Positions 19,466 through 29,493 of a DNA stretch of 64,000 bases are shown piece by piece (within the stretch, counting starts at the first letter, position 1; the number at the start of each line of letters is the position of its first letter). The notes beneath the pieces are model-generated. The model was given only the letters and a program-made list of their open reading frames with translations. It ran no database searches and was not told the DNA's origin. The stretch comes from an uncultured Bacteroidia bacterium (GTDB taxonomy: Bacteria; Bacteroidota; Bacteroidia; J057; CALLMJ01). A program made the position numbers and the translations under genes. Location: NCBI GenBank assembly GCA_964493765.1, contig CAZBPK010000022.1, forward strand, positions 9,958-73,957. Reading direction: 5' to 3'.

Positions 19466-21054
19466 TTCTTTAATTTTTCTATGGTATAAGTAAATTTTAA
19501 TCTCTTTGAAGGGTTATATTTTCCAAACGGGCAGGGGTCTTCCTGAATTTCGCCATAATTGTAAAGAATAAATTTCTGTTTCCCATGAATTTCTGAAGTT
19601 TTATGGTAACTATAACCATCCCTTAAAACATCATCTTTGCAACCTGCTACTCCTATTGGTTGAAAATTGATAAGTTTTTTTATGATTGTTTTTTTCGTTA
19701 AATATTCACAGTCACAATCTTGATTGAGTAACTCGCCGAATACCTTGTCTACTCCATCGGCTTCCCAAGCACCAAATTGAACTCTAAATAATGAGTCTTT
19801 ATGAATGAACAAAGTATCGGAAATTTCAAACTTCCATTTTCTTTTACAAGTTTTGCCCCAACCTTGATTTAATATATCTTCACTGGGAGACCATTCGTTA
19901 ATGAAATAGTAATTCTGGTGAATATTAGCAAAAACTCTCAGCTGTGGTTTTTTTAAAAAATCTACAGATTTTCTTCTCTTGAGTTCTTGAAGGGTAACTA
20001 CTATTTTTTCGTAGTCCTGAGTATGATTAGAAGGGTTTTTTTTAGGTACTAAATAAATTCGTTGATGAAATTTGACTGTATTTTCTAGGTTTTGAGATTT
20101 CCATGGGACCATTAATTTTACTTGGTCAGTATGAGTTTTTTGGATTGAACAAGAAATAGGGGCTGTATGTCCATTTTGGTTGATGATGAGTGCATCGAAA
20201 TCAGTATTTTTTAGGTAATCAGGGAGTTGAATAGTAACTTCATAGTCTTTTTGGTTCATAAGGACAGGATGAACGAAATCGGGTTGATTGGGGAGATTAT
20301 TATAAAAAGCAGAGCCATCACCATTAGCGAACAGGTCTATTCGTAGGGATGGTTTTTGATTATAGATTTCAGGGGTTCTTCTTTTGGTAACCATAAAAAA
20401 AATGGGGTGAATTTCTGTTTTTGCGGGGGGATGCCCTCTATCCCAAACATACATTCCTTCTAAATGAACCCAGTCTCCTACAGTAGGTAAATGTTCTAAG
20501 GGTTGTTTTCTTTGGTGTCCATAACTTAAAAAACCTGCGCTGTTTCCTTTACACATTTCTTTTTTTAAAGGATTAGAAGGATTTCCGTTGCCCATTCCGA
20601 TTTCCCATTCTACGTGCATATGCTTTCTACAAGCCCATTCTCCTTTTGCATCATAAAAATAACAAAGTAAGTGTTTATAAGCCGAGTCAGGGAATACATT
20701 AAAGCAAAAATCATGAGAGTAATGATAGTTAGGAAAGTCTTCTTCTGATATATGGGGACCTCTTATAGGGTTTTCAGGTGTTTGCATAGAAACGGTACCT
20801 TCTAGAACGGTGAATTTTTGATGCCCATGAATGGCTTGCCAAGCGGGGAAAATAAGTCCTAAATCAACGGGCTTTTTAAAAAATAAGAATTTTATTGTAT
20901 CCCAACATTCTTTTGTATAAAGTTCTCTACCTGAATACCTCATAAAGGCTAAACTATCCGGTGGCTCTAAATTTTGTGCATAGATAAAATAAGGATTAAC
21001 CAAGCATAAAAATTTGACAATAAATGTTTTTAAAAGTTCAATCTGATATTTCAT
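19462..21054 (-). CDS. Hypothetical secreted Cys/His/Trp-rich protein
   Basis: 530 aa with a hydrophobic N-terminus ending ...YAQ. I recognised no family. Its start abuts the stop of the gldB-like gene with zero spacing, which suggests an operon. Confidence 0.55.
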   Translation of the reverse strand: MKYQIELLKTFIVKFLCLVNPYFIYAQNLEPPDSLAFMRYSGRELYTKECWDTIKFLFFKKPVDLGLIFPAWQAIHGHQKFTVLEGTVSMQTPENPIRGPHISEEDFPNYHYSHDFCFNVFPDSAYKHLLCYFYDAKGEWACRKHMHVEWEIGMGNGNPSNPLKKEMCKGNSAGFLSYGHQRKQPLEHLPTVGDWVHLEGMYVWDRGHPPAKTEIHPIFFMVTKRRTPEIYNQKPSLRIDLFANGDGSAFYNNLPNQPDFVHPVLMNQKDYEVTIQLPDYLKNTDFDALIINQNGHTAPISCSIQKTHTDQVKLMVPWKSQNLENTVKFHQRIYLVPKKNPSNHTQDYEKIVVTLQELKRRKSVDFLKKPQLRVFANIHQNYYFINEWSPSEDILNQGWGKTCKRKWKFEISDTLFIHKDSLFRVQFGAWEADGVDKVFGELLNQDCDCEYLTKKTIIKKLINFQPIGVAGCKDDVLRDGYSYHKTSEIHGKQKFILYNYGEIQEDPCPFGKYNPSKRLKFTYTIEKLKN

Positions 21055-22116
21055 TTAGGGTTTATATTTTGATTCTTTGATAATTTTTTGATAATCAGTA
21101 GTTTTTACTAATTGTTCTAAGGTAACTTCAGGGTGGTTACGCATATATTCGGATACAATTTTCAATCCTAAAAATTCTCCGAGCCTTCCTGGGGACTGCC
21201 TATCTAAGCCTTGAGTAAAGGGTTTATCTAATAAATATTTTTCGGTTGCTTTGGGGTCTGTTTTGAAGAAATAAGGAATTAATTCGTTGTAAATATTTTT
21301 TTCAAAATAGTTTACCCATTCCATTTGTTCAGGTGTATAAGATAAAAGGATAGAATCTTGAATTTCGGGAGCAATTTTTTGGGTAAAATAAAGTTTTATA
21401 CCTTGGTGAATCATTCTATCAGCAAAAGTTGGCATATTTTCGGGTTTTAAAGGTGGCTGCCAACGATTTACATAACGCATTAATATTGAAGCTAATAAAT
21501 ATTCCTTTCTGCATTTTTTCCTCATATACATTGGTATATCCATGTGATAATCAGCATCTATTCCTAAAAAATAATCCAAACTAATTCCCCAGTATTGAGT
21601 AGTGATAAAAAGTTGCTCTTTTTCTAAAATTAAGGGAGCTGGCACTCCGGGTGGGGGATAACCAGTAATATAAGTATAAACTTGAGGAAATTCAAAGTCT
21701 TTAAAATATAACTTTAAACGCTTAATGGCTTTTTCAAAATGTAGAAAAGGCTCATTTTCTGGATATAACTTACGAATTGAATCTAATAACGCTTGAGTGG
21801 GCTTATCCATTAAAAATGTTTTAAAGTCCATAGCAATTATACTATCAGGGACAACCACAGAGTCCCCTAAATTATAATTCCACTCTCTAATAAAATCTAA
21901 ATGTTTCCCGAAATATTGAATAAACAATTCATAAGTAGAATCAGGTTTTTCTTGTGCAGTTTTGTAAAATTTTTCCATTGCTACATCTAATCGATTTACC
22001 TGAAATTGATAATTAATTTGTTCTAATTGTTTATCTTCTTCAGATTGACAACTTACTAAACAAAAACTATAAAAAATAACTATTAATCTCAACCAATAAC
22101 TTTGGAAACTTCTCAT
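21055..22116 (-). CDS. gldB: Gliding motility lipoprotein GldB-like
   Basis: Lipoprotein signal MRSFQSYWLRLIVIFYSFCLVSC (ATG 22116; the track start at 22146 is TTG). The C-terminus RQSPGRLGEFLGLKIVSEYMRNHPEVTLEQLVKTTDYQKIIKESKYKP matches my recollection of the GldB C-terminal signature (ESPGR.G.WIG.QIV..YM......L..L......I...SKYKP). Confidence 0.65.
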   Translation of the reverse strand: MRSFQSYWLRLIVIFYSFCLVSCQSEEDKQLEQINYQFQVNRLDVAMEKFYKTAQEKPDSTYELFIQYFGKHLDFIREWNYNLGDSVVVPDSIIAMDFKTFLMDKPTQALLDSIRKLYPENEPFLHFEKAIKRLKLYFKDFEFPQVYTYITGYPPPGVPAPLILEKEQLFITTQYWGISLDYFLGIDADYHMDIPMYMRKKCRKEYLLASILMRYVNRWQPPLKPENMPTFADRMIHQGIKLYFTQKIAPEIQDSILLSYTPEQMEWVNYFEKNIYNELIPYFFKTDPKATEKYLLDKPFTQGLDRQSPGRLGEFLGLKIVSEYMRNHPEVTLEQLVKTTDYQKIIKESKYKP

Positions 22117-22398
22117 TGAAAAGTAAACTCTCATAATAAACTTCAAAATTTGCAGTTAATAGGGGAAATTCCAAATTTATTTTTTTGTTTTAGATGGCTT
22201 AAATTGAGCCAGCAAGAAATGTAAAAAACACTACCATAGGAAGATATTAAATGATATTATTAACAAAAAAGCAGGTTTTAATTTTTGCTAGTTGGTTCAT
22301 TTGAACACAAAAATAAATTTTACTTCATTTTTGTTTTACTTTTTCTATCAAATTTTGACTGTACATCAAAAGTTTTTACATCCAAAGATTAAAATGAT

Positions 22399-23943
22399 TT
22401 ATAAAGGAATATTTCCATGTTTTTTTCTTGGATTTTTTACAGCTTTGTTTTCTAAAAATTGGAAACCTTGAATTAACCTTTGGCGAGTTTCATGAGGGAA
22501 AATTACTTCATCAACGAAACCACGATTAGCAGCTCGATAAGGATTTGCAAATTTTTTCAAATATTCTTGTTCTTTTTCTACAAATTTTTCAGCGGGATTT
22601 TCTGCGGTTTCAATTTCTTTTTTAAAGATAATTTCTGCGGCACCTTTTGCTCCCATGACTGCGATTTCCGCTTTAGGCCAAGCAAAATTCAAATCACAAC
22701 CTATATGTTTGGAATTCATTACATCATAAGCACCTCCATAAGCCTTTCTGGTAATAACGGTTATTCTAGGAACTGTAGCCTCAGAAAATGCATACAATAA
22801 TTTTGCTCCATTAGTAATAATTGCATTCCATTCTTGGTCAGTACCAGGCAAAAAACCGGGTACATCTACTAAAGTTAGTAAAGGAACATTGAAACAATCA
22901 CAAAATCTCACAAATCTAGCAGCTTTTTGAGAAGCTTTTATGTCTAAACAGCCAGCTAAAACCGAAGGTTGATTAGCTACTATCCCAATGCTTCTGCCTT
23001 CTAATCTAGCAAATCCTACTACGATATTTTCTGCGTAATCTTTATGAACCTCAAAAAAGCTATCTTTATCTGCTATAGCGTGAATTACATCTTTAATATC
23101 ATAAGGTAAATTAGAATTTTCAGGTACTATTTTATCAATATTTGAATCATCAGGATACATAGAATCATCATATTCCACTAATGGAGTAATTTCTTCACAA
23201 TTTTGAGGGATATAGGAAAGTAACTTTTTGATATGCTGAATACATTCAATTTCATTGGGTATAGCAAAGTGTGTAACTCCAGATTTTGAAGCGTGGGTCA
23301 TTGCACCGCCAAGTTCTTCAGAAGTTACAGTTTCATTAGTAACGGTTTTTACAACGTTGGGTCCTGTAACAAACATATAGGAAGAGTTTTCTACCATTAA
23401 AATAAAATCAGTAATTGCCGGGGAATAAACAGCTCCACCAGCACAAGGACCCATAATAGCAGAAATCTGAGGAATTACTCCTGATGCTAAGGTATTTCTA
23501 TAAAAAATATCAGCATAACCCCCTAAAGAAACCACTCCTTCTTGTATTCTCGCACCACCTGAATCATTCAAGCCGATTACAGGAGCACCCACTTTCATGG
23601 CTAAATCCATTACTTTGCAAATTTTTTCTGCAAATGTTTCGGATAAAGAGCCTCCAAAAACTGTAAAATCCTGAGAAAAAACAAATACTTGCCTACCGTT
23701 TATAGTTCCATAACCTGTAATAACACCATCACCAAGGTATTTTTGTTTATCTAAACCAAATTCATTAGAACGATGAGTAACAAAAGCTCCAATTTCTTGA
23801 AAACTATCTTTATCTAAAAGCAAATCAATGCGTTCACGAGCAGTTAATTTACCCTTTTTATGTTGTGCATTAATACGTTCTTGGCCGCCACCTAATAGCG
23901 ATTCTTTTCTTTTTCTTAATAATTTTTCTTCGGGAGTTTCCAT
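22399..23943 (-). CDS. Acyl-CoA carboxylase carboxyltransferase (beta) subunit (propionyl-CoA carboxylase beta / methylmalonyl-CoA carboxyltransferase family)
   Basis: 514 aa. [44 protein letters not shown]. Confidence 0.92.
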   Translation of the reverse strand: METPEEKLLRKRKESLLGGGQERINAQHKKGKLTARERIDLLLDKDSFQEIGAFVTHRSNEFGLDKQKYLGDGVITGYGTINGRQVFVFSQDFTVFGGSLSETFAEKICKVMDLAMKVGAPVIGLNDSGGARIQEGVVSLGGYADIFYRNTLASGVIPQISAIMGPCAGGAVYSPAITDFILMVENSSYMFVTGPNVVKTVTNETVTSEELGGAMTHASKSGVTHFAIPNEIECIQHIKKLLSYIPQNCEEITPLVEYDDSMYPDDSNIDKIVPENSNLPYDIKDVIHAIADKDSFFEVHKDYAENIVVGFARLEGRSIGIVANQPSVLAGCLDIKASQKAARFVRFCDCFNVPLLTLVDVPGFLPGTDQEWNAIITNGAKLLYAFSEATVPRITVITRKAYGGAYDVMNSKHIGCDLNFAWPKAEIAVMGAKGAAEIIFKKEIETAENPAEKFVEKEQEYLKKFANPYRAANRGFVDEVIFPHETRQRLIQGFQFLENKAVKNPRKKHGNIPL

Positions 23944-23946
23944 AAA

Positions 23947-24693
23947 TTAGATATTATCAAATAATTGAGCAATTTCATCGGTCATTTCATAATTCGCATA
24001 AACTTTCTGAACATCATCATCTTCTTCAATTTTCTTAAGAAGTTTGACTAATTTCACTGCATTATCCCCAGCAATAGCTACCTGATTCATTGGGAACCAG
24101 TTTAATACGGATTCTTCAGCTTCAATTTCTAAAAGTTCTAATTTGGCATTAATAGGACCGAACTGTTCGAATGGGCAAGTAACTATACAATTTTCTTCGT
24201 CCATTTCAATATCATCAGCACCAGAATCAATCATTTCCAATTCAAATTCTTCTAAATTTTTTATTTGAGATTTATGGATGGTAAATACTCCTAAATGATT
24301 AAACATAAAACTTACAGATCCAGAAGTTCCAAGGCTACCATCAAATTTATTAAAATAAGAACGTAAATTAGCAACAGTTCGGGTTGTGTTATTGGTAGCA
24401 GTTTCTATTAAAATGGCTACGCCGCCAGGTCCATATCCTTCATATAATACCTCATCAAAATCTTCATATTCTTTTGATATTGCTTTTTTTATAGCATTTT
24501 CTATATTGGATTTGGGCATATTAACCCCTTTTGCATTTTGAATAGCTATTCTTAGTCTAGAATTTGATTCAGGATTGGGACCCGATGCTTTAACAGCCAT
24601 CATAATTTCTTTTCCAATTCTTGTAAATGCCTTAGACATTGCAGCCCATCTTTTGAATTTTCTTTCTTTTCTATATTCAAACGCTCTTCCCAT
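23947..24693 (-). CDS. YebC/PmpR family DNA-binding transcriptional regulator
   Basis: MGRAFEYRKERKFKRWAAMSKAFTRIGKEI...IAIQNAKGVNMPK..IE.AIKKA. Confidence 0.92.
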   Translation of the reverse strand: MGRAFEYRKERKFKRWAAMSKAFTRIGKEIMMAVKASGPNPESNSRLRIAIQNAKGVNMPKSNIENAIKKAISKEYEDFDEVLYEGYGPGGVAILIETATNNTTRTVANLRSYFNKFDGSLGTSGSVSFMFNHLGVFTIHKSQIKNLEEFELEMIDSGADDIEMDEENCIVTCPFEQFGPINAKLELLEIEAEESVLNWFPMNQVAIAGDNAVKLVKLLKKIEEDDDVQKVYANYEMTDEIAQLFDNI

Positions 24694-24811
24694 CTTCTTT
24701 AATTGGTTTTTAAGGTTCGCAAATTTAGTGAAACTTTTCTTATTTCATAAATTTTACATTTTCCCTATCTTAAATTTATTAATGCAAAACATAGGTTAGT
24801 GAATCCAATAC

Positions 24812-26239
24812 CTACCAAATCAAAGATTTGATTTCTGTCATTTCTTCAAAAGCATATTTTACCCCTTCTCTTCCAAAACCTGAGTCTTTTACACCGCCGT
24901 AAGGCATATTATCTATTCTTAAAGATGGAGTATCATTCACAATTACACCGCCTACTTGAACTTTTTGATAAAACTTTTTAATAATCTCTAATTGATTACT
25001 AAAAATTGCTGATTGTAAACCATATTTAGATTGATTAATTTTTAGGATAGCTTCATTTTCATCTCCTACGGAAAAAACATTTACAATAGGCGCAAAAGCT
25101 TCTTCTTTTCCAATAGTCATTTTTTCGTTCACATTTTCTAAAATACAAGGTGAAATGATATTGTTACGTTTTTCTTCACCACCAGTAATTTTAACAGCTC
25201 CTTTTTTTTCTGCTTCTGCTATCCATTTGAGAACACGCTTATAATTATTGCTATCAATAATAGGACCACAAACCGTTCTTTCGTCTAATACATCACCCAT
25301 TTTAATTTTTTCGGTTTCATAAACAAATTGTTCTAAAAAAGGTAAATAAACATCTTGATGAATATAAATTCGTTGAACAGAAATACAAACTTGACCAGCA
25401 TAAGCAAAAGCTCCAAAAGCACATCTTTTTGCTGCTAATTCTAAATTGGCATCTTTGTGTATATAAACAGCTGCATCCCCTCCAAGTTCTAAAAGTACTT
25501 TCTTTTTACCTGAAATTTTTTTTAAATTCCATCCTACCCCTGCACTACCTGTAAAAGTTAATAATTTAGGAATATCGGATTCTACCATCATTTGAGCTAA
25601 AGGATTTTCACAAGGTACAACACTTAATAATTCTGGAGGAAACCCTGCTTCTAAAATAATTTCTCCTAATTTAATAGCTGTAATAGGAGTTTTGGAAGAA
25701 GGCTTTAAGATGATTGGACACCCTGCAGCAATAGCTGGAGCAACTTTATGAGCAACTAAATTTAATGGAAAATTAAAAGGAGTTATCGCTAAAACTGTTC
25801 CAACAGCAAAACGATTTACCCACCCCATTTTTCCTTCTAAACCTCTCATTAAATCTAAATTCATACCTTCACCATGGTAATTAATCGTTAAATCACAAGC
25901 TAATTTAAAAGTTAAAATAGCTCTTTGAACTTCTGCTCTTGCTAAGGTTAATGGTTTTCCCGCTTCTACTGCTATGGTTAAGGATAGGTCTTCTTCTTTA
26001 GATTTTAATAAATTAACAATTTTTTCTAAAATATCCCTTTTTGTGAAACTAGTTAGTTCAAATGCATAAGATTCATTTTCTTTATGATTTTTTAAGACTT
26101 TTTTAATTTGATTTTCACCAGCATGTGTGGTAGTAAATATAGTTTCACCAGTATAGGGATAAAGAACTTCAAGAGGTTCAGTACCTTCCACCCACTGGCT
26201 ATCTACAAAAATTTTGAAATATTTATAAAACATTGGCAT
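24812..26239 (-). CDS. NAD(P)-dependent aldehyde dehydrogenase family protein
   Basis: LELGGDAAVYI (ELGG), the catalytic-Cys region AGQVCISVQRIY, and EEAFAPIV. The track start at 26260 is TTG; ATGs at 26239 and 26233 are preferred. Confidence 0.88.
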   Translation of the reverse strand: MPMFYKYFKIFVDSQWVEGTEPLEVLYPYTGETIFTTTHAGENQIKKVLKNHKENESYAFELTSFTKRDILEKIVNLLKSKEEDLSLTIAVEAGKPLTLARAEVQRAILTFKLACDLTINYHGEGMNLDLMRGLEGKMGWVNRFAVGTVLAITPFNFPLNLVAHKVAPAIAAGCPIILKPSSKTPITAIKLGEIILEAGFPPELLSVVPCENPLAQMMVESDIPKLLTFTGSAGVGWNLKKISGKKKVLLELGGDAAVYIHKDANLELAAKRCAFGAFAYAGQVCISVQRIYIHQDVYLPFLEQFVYETEKIKMGDVLDERTVCGPIIDSNNYKRVLKWIAEAEKKGAVKITGGEEKRNNIISPCILENVNEKMTIGKEEAFAPIVNVFSVGDENEAILKINQSKYGLQSAIFSNQLEIIKKFYQKVQVGGVIVNDTPSLRIDNMPYGGVKDSGFGREGVKYAFEEMTEIKSLIW

Positions 26240-26349
26240 AAGTACAAGAATTTTTAGCAAATATAATGTACTAAATAAAGATTAAATGTTAAAACCTTAA
26301 AATTTAACAACTTAATTAACTTTATTTAACGATAAAAACCAATAAGTGA

Positions 26350-28089
26350 TTACTTTGCTCTCAAAATACCTGCACTTTCAAATGGCTTAAATAAACGATT
26401 TTTTAGTTCATCTTCCGTAAATTCATGAGGTTTTATGCTTACATCACGATTTCTTTGAGCTTTTTCTGTATGAAGTTCTTGAATTAAGGATTTGAAGTGG
26501 GTTTGCATTGCGGGTAAAGTATATTTTCCATATAAAGTACTAGAACCTTCATAATGTTGTAAAGCATACTCTTCAGGTGTAGCAGTATAAGAAGCATAAG
26601 CATTAGAATATCCCGCTACAATTACTTCTTTAATTCCTTTTAATGAATTTTTAATTTGCCTTTGAATTCTTAAGCCAGAGGTTGTTGTTAATTCTGTTGG
26701 AGCAGCAGCAATAGCAATATTTCCAATTTTGATAATTTGAAACGGTAAAATATCGGGTACTAATGGTTGAGATGCTTCATGAATTTCTCCTAAAACGGAT
26801 AATCTTTTAAGTTCTGCAATAAATGGGTCAATGAAATCAGGTATTGGGAGTTTATGAAAGGCTCTTGTGCCTCCAAATTCTCCTTTTCTACAATTTATCA
26901 ATACCACTTTTTCTACTTGTGCTTTAGATAAATTTTCATAATAAGGATTTCTTTTGAGCAGCTTTTGGTTTCTTTTAGAAACAAAATTTGAAAGTAAACG
27001 TATCCAAAAAGGAGGTATTCCCAAGCCTTCAGCAGTGCCTCCAACAAAATACATTCCAAAACAAGGGTCTCCTGTTGTTAATCCTTCCATTCCCCCCACA
27101 AATTCAGGATCTACTTGGGATTGAGTCATATCAAAATAATCCAAAGCATAATCTAATTCATAAGGCAAAGAAACTGTAGATTTCGCATAATAAATTAACT
27201 GTTGAGCTTTCTCCATTTGGTAAGTACCATTAATTTTACGATTGATATAATCATCGGTGGTTTCTCCTCTTTTTTCTTTTTCTCCTTTATGAATTATAAA
27301 ATTTGGGCTTACATCTCCTGCAGCTCCTTGAGCAAAAATAGCCACAAAATGAGGGTTTTGTATTCTCATTAAATTTTCTAATTGATGGGCTGCATAACCT
27401 TTATTATCAGAACTTATAGTCTTTTTATCGGAATGAACCGTTGTAGTATGAACAGCAAAAAAGTTTAATATACCCATTGGAATTAACTGTTCATTCAAAA
27501 AAGTAAGCTGATATGCATTACGATCTAAAGCTAAATGCCGATGTTGTTCATCCAATTTTTCATTTTCAGGATTTTGATTCCATGCTTCAATTGCTCTATT
27601 AAATGCGACATTAATATGGGGTTCAAATTCAGATTTTCCATAATAAATAAAAGCTTTTTCTTTGTTTTTATCGGCTTCAATGATTCCTTCAATGATACCA
27701 TTTACATAAGTTTCCGTAACTTCTTTAGAGTAACCGGGTATGGTTAAATTGTAAAGTAAATAATGAGAATTACCACCAGGGGAGCTGTGTGTATGCGTAG
27801 CCATAAGCATTACATTTTTTTCATCAAACCCTAAATGAGAGTAAGACTTTTTGAGCTTTTTTAAAACCATCTGCCTCATGGCTAAGGTCATAGTTGCGGT
27901 TTCTGTAACCACTATCGCTACTTTTTGATGATCATGTTCAATTACAACAACTCTTGCAAACAAATTGGATTCAACATCTTCTACTACGTTTCCGGGTTTA
28001 CACCAGCCCATCATTCCTATTCCCTTCAAAAATGCGGTTATATCTTTTTTGGAAAATCCTACTAAATACATACATGCAAATAAATTCAT
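26350..28089 (-). CDS. Neutral/alkaline ceramidase-like hydrolase
   Basis: VGFSKKDITAFLKGIGMMGW...NLFARVVVIE...VAIVVTE and MATHTHSSPGG resemble the N-terminal domain of neutral ceramidases. The track start (28167) lies inside repeat copy 3, so ATG 28089 or 28071 is preferred. Confidence 0.6.
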   Translation of the reverse strand: MNLFACMYLVGFSKKDITAFLKGIGMMGWCKPGNVVEDVESNLFARVVVIEHDHQKVAIVVTETATMTLAMRQMVLKKLKKSYSHLGFDEKNVMLMATHTHSSPGGNSHYLLYNLTIPGYSKEVTETYVNGIIEGIIEADKNKEKAFIYYGKSEFEPHINVAFNRAIEAWNQNPENEKLDEQHRHLALDRNAYQLTFLNEQLIPMGILNFFAVHTTTVHSDKKTISSDNKGYAAHQLENLMRIQNPHFVAIFAQGAAGDVSPNFIIHKGEKEKRGETTDDYINRKINGTYQMEKAQQLIYYAKSTVSLPYELDYALDYFDMTQSQVDPEFVGGMEGLTTGDPCFGMYFVGGTAEGLGIPPFWIRLLSNFVSKRNQKLLKRNPYYENLSKAQVEKVVLINCRKGEFGGTRAFHKLPIPDFIDPFIAELKRLSVLGEIHEASQPLVPDILPFQIIKIGNIAIAAAPTELTTTSGLRIQRQIKNSLKGIKEVIVAGYSNAYASYTATPEEYALQHYEGSSTLYGKYTLPAMQTHFKSLIQELHTEKAQRNRDVSIKPHEFTEDELKNRLFKPFESAGILRAK

Positions 28090-28150
28090 GCAAATATAAT
28101 AAAATTTCAAAATAAATTGAAAACAAAACAGAAATAATTGAATTAGACTT

Positions 28151-28252
28151 TTTCGGGCATGCCCCATGCTATGCTGCGGGTCGGGCTGCTATGGGTTTCA
28201 CTTCGTTTCAGAAATCCTTTTTCCACTTTTTTCAAAAGTGCATCCCTCACGC
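28151..28252 (+). repeat. GC-rich REP/MITE-like intergenic repeat, copy 3 (about 29-bp internal deletion)
   Basis: tttcgggcatgccccatgctatgctgcgggtcgggctgctatgggtttcacttcgtttcagaaatcctttttccacttttttcaaaagtgcatccctcacgc. It contains the perfect hairpin CACTTTT-ttc-AAAAGTG. Confidence 0.9.
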
Positions 28253-28383
28253 ATATATTAAAGCTAAGCTTTGTTCTTTTATAAAAAATGAAATAAAAGC
28301 GAACTTTAGTTCATTTATCTAAGATATTGGTAGCGGTATTAAAAAAACAACATTGCAACAACCCTAAATGTAGTAAAATAAAC

Positions 28384-28391
28384 TAAATTTG
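28384..28391 (+). promoter_or_regulatory. Putative -7 promoter box for the ATPase/nuclease-like cassette
   Basis: TAAATTTG is a perfect match to the Bacteroidota TAnnTTTG -7 consensus, 20 nt upstream of ATG 28412. No convincing -33 TTTG lies at canonical spacing. Confidence 0.35.
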
Positions 28392-28411
28392 TAATCTGAA
28401 ATAAAAGTAAA

Positions 28412-29485
28412 ATGATAAGCTCAATTACTATAAAGAATTTTATGGCTCATTCGGAATTAAGCTTAAAAGACATTCCTTCTATCAATGTGATAATTGGAAA
28501 GAACGATACAGGTAAGACAGGATTACTCAAACTTTTATATGCAACTGTTAAATCATTAGAGGTTTATAGTCTTAAATCAAAACAATCAGATGTAATGTTT
28601 AAGAAAGAACTTTCAGACAAGCTTCTTGACACATTTATGCCACGTAAAAATGGACTTGGCGACTTGGTTCAAAAGGGTAGTAAAGAAAAACTTGAAGTAA
28701 ATATTACAATAGTTGGAAACAATGGAAGATATAAGCAGACTATCTACTTCTCATTTGGAGAGAGAACAGAGAAATCAATTTCTACTTGCATTGAACACGT
28801 AGAACCATTTGCAAATAGTTCAATCAATACATTATTTATTCCAGCTAAAGAAGTTTTAACCGCTTTTACTGACATCAGAAATATTAGAGAGAATTTTTAT
28901 GGTGTCGGATTTGATGACACATATTTAGACTTAATCAAGGCTCTCAGCTTGGAAACAACAAAAGGGCGTGTTGCAACTGAACTTAGCCAAGTAAACAAGT
29001 CACTTGAAGACTTATTTGAAGGAAAGATTGAACAAACAGGGCAAAAAGAACAACCCTTCATTTTTAAGAAAGGCAATCAACAATTTGCAATGCAACAGAC
29101 AGCAGAAGGGATTAAAAAAATTGGAATTCTAACGACTCTAATAACCAATCGTCAATTAGGGAGAGGAACAATTCTATTTATGGACGAGCCTGAAACTGCA
29201 TTACACCCAGATGCAGTAAGACAAATGGTTGAAATGCTTGTTGCAATGAGTAAAGCGGGTGTTCAAATTTTTCTAGCCACACATAGCTATTTTGTTATAA
29301 AACAGCTTTCTAACTGTGCAAAAAGAGACGATTTAAATATTTATTGTTGGAATTTAAAAAGAGAAATGGGAAAACCCGTAAGCAACTCTTTTCACAACTT
29401 AATTGATGGAGTTTTACCTTCCAATTCAATTATTGATGAAGCAATTAAAATGTATGATGAAGAAATTAGTATTGACCTAAAATAG
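28412..29485 (+). CDS. Stand-alone ABC/SMC-type ATPase (AAA_21/AAA_15-like)
   Basis: 357 aa. Walker A G29-KNDT-G34-K35-T36, signature-like QQTAEGIKK (about residues 228-236), Walker B/D-loop ILFMDEPETALHP (D258-E259), H-loop LATHS (H291). No fused effector domain. Confidence 0.85.
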   Translation: MISSITIKNFMAHSELSLKDIPSINVIIGKNDTGKTGLLKLLYATVKSLEVYSLKSKQSDVMFKKELSDKLLDTFMPRKNGLGDLVQKGSKEKLEVNITIVGNNGRYKQTIYFSFGERTEKSISTCIEHVEPFANSSINTLFIPAKEVLTAFTDIRNIRENFYGVGFDDTYLDLIKALSLETTKGRVATELSQVNKSLEDLFEGKIEQTGQKEQPFIFKKGNQQFAMQQTAEGIKKIGILTTLITNRQLGRGTILFMDEPETALHPDAVRQMVEMLVAMSKAGVQIFLATHSYFVIKQLSNCAKRDDLNIYCWNLKREMGKPVSNSFHNLIDGVLPSNSIIDEAIKMYDEEISIDLK

Positions 29486-29493
29486 TTTTTGAT

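Noticed and set aside
22147-22398. A 250-bp intergenic region, and the similar regions 54873-55117 and 58472-58650, screened for ncRNA or regulatory repeats.
   Set aside because: They are AT-rich, with no extended complementarity, repeats or conserved boxes beyond possible promoter elements.
28165-28167. ATG at 28167 as the ceramidase-like start codon.
   Set aside because: The codon is part of repeat copy 3 (gggcATGcccc) and adds a non-conserved 26-aa leader. Internal ATGs directly precede the conserved domain.
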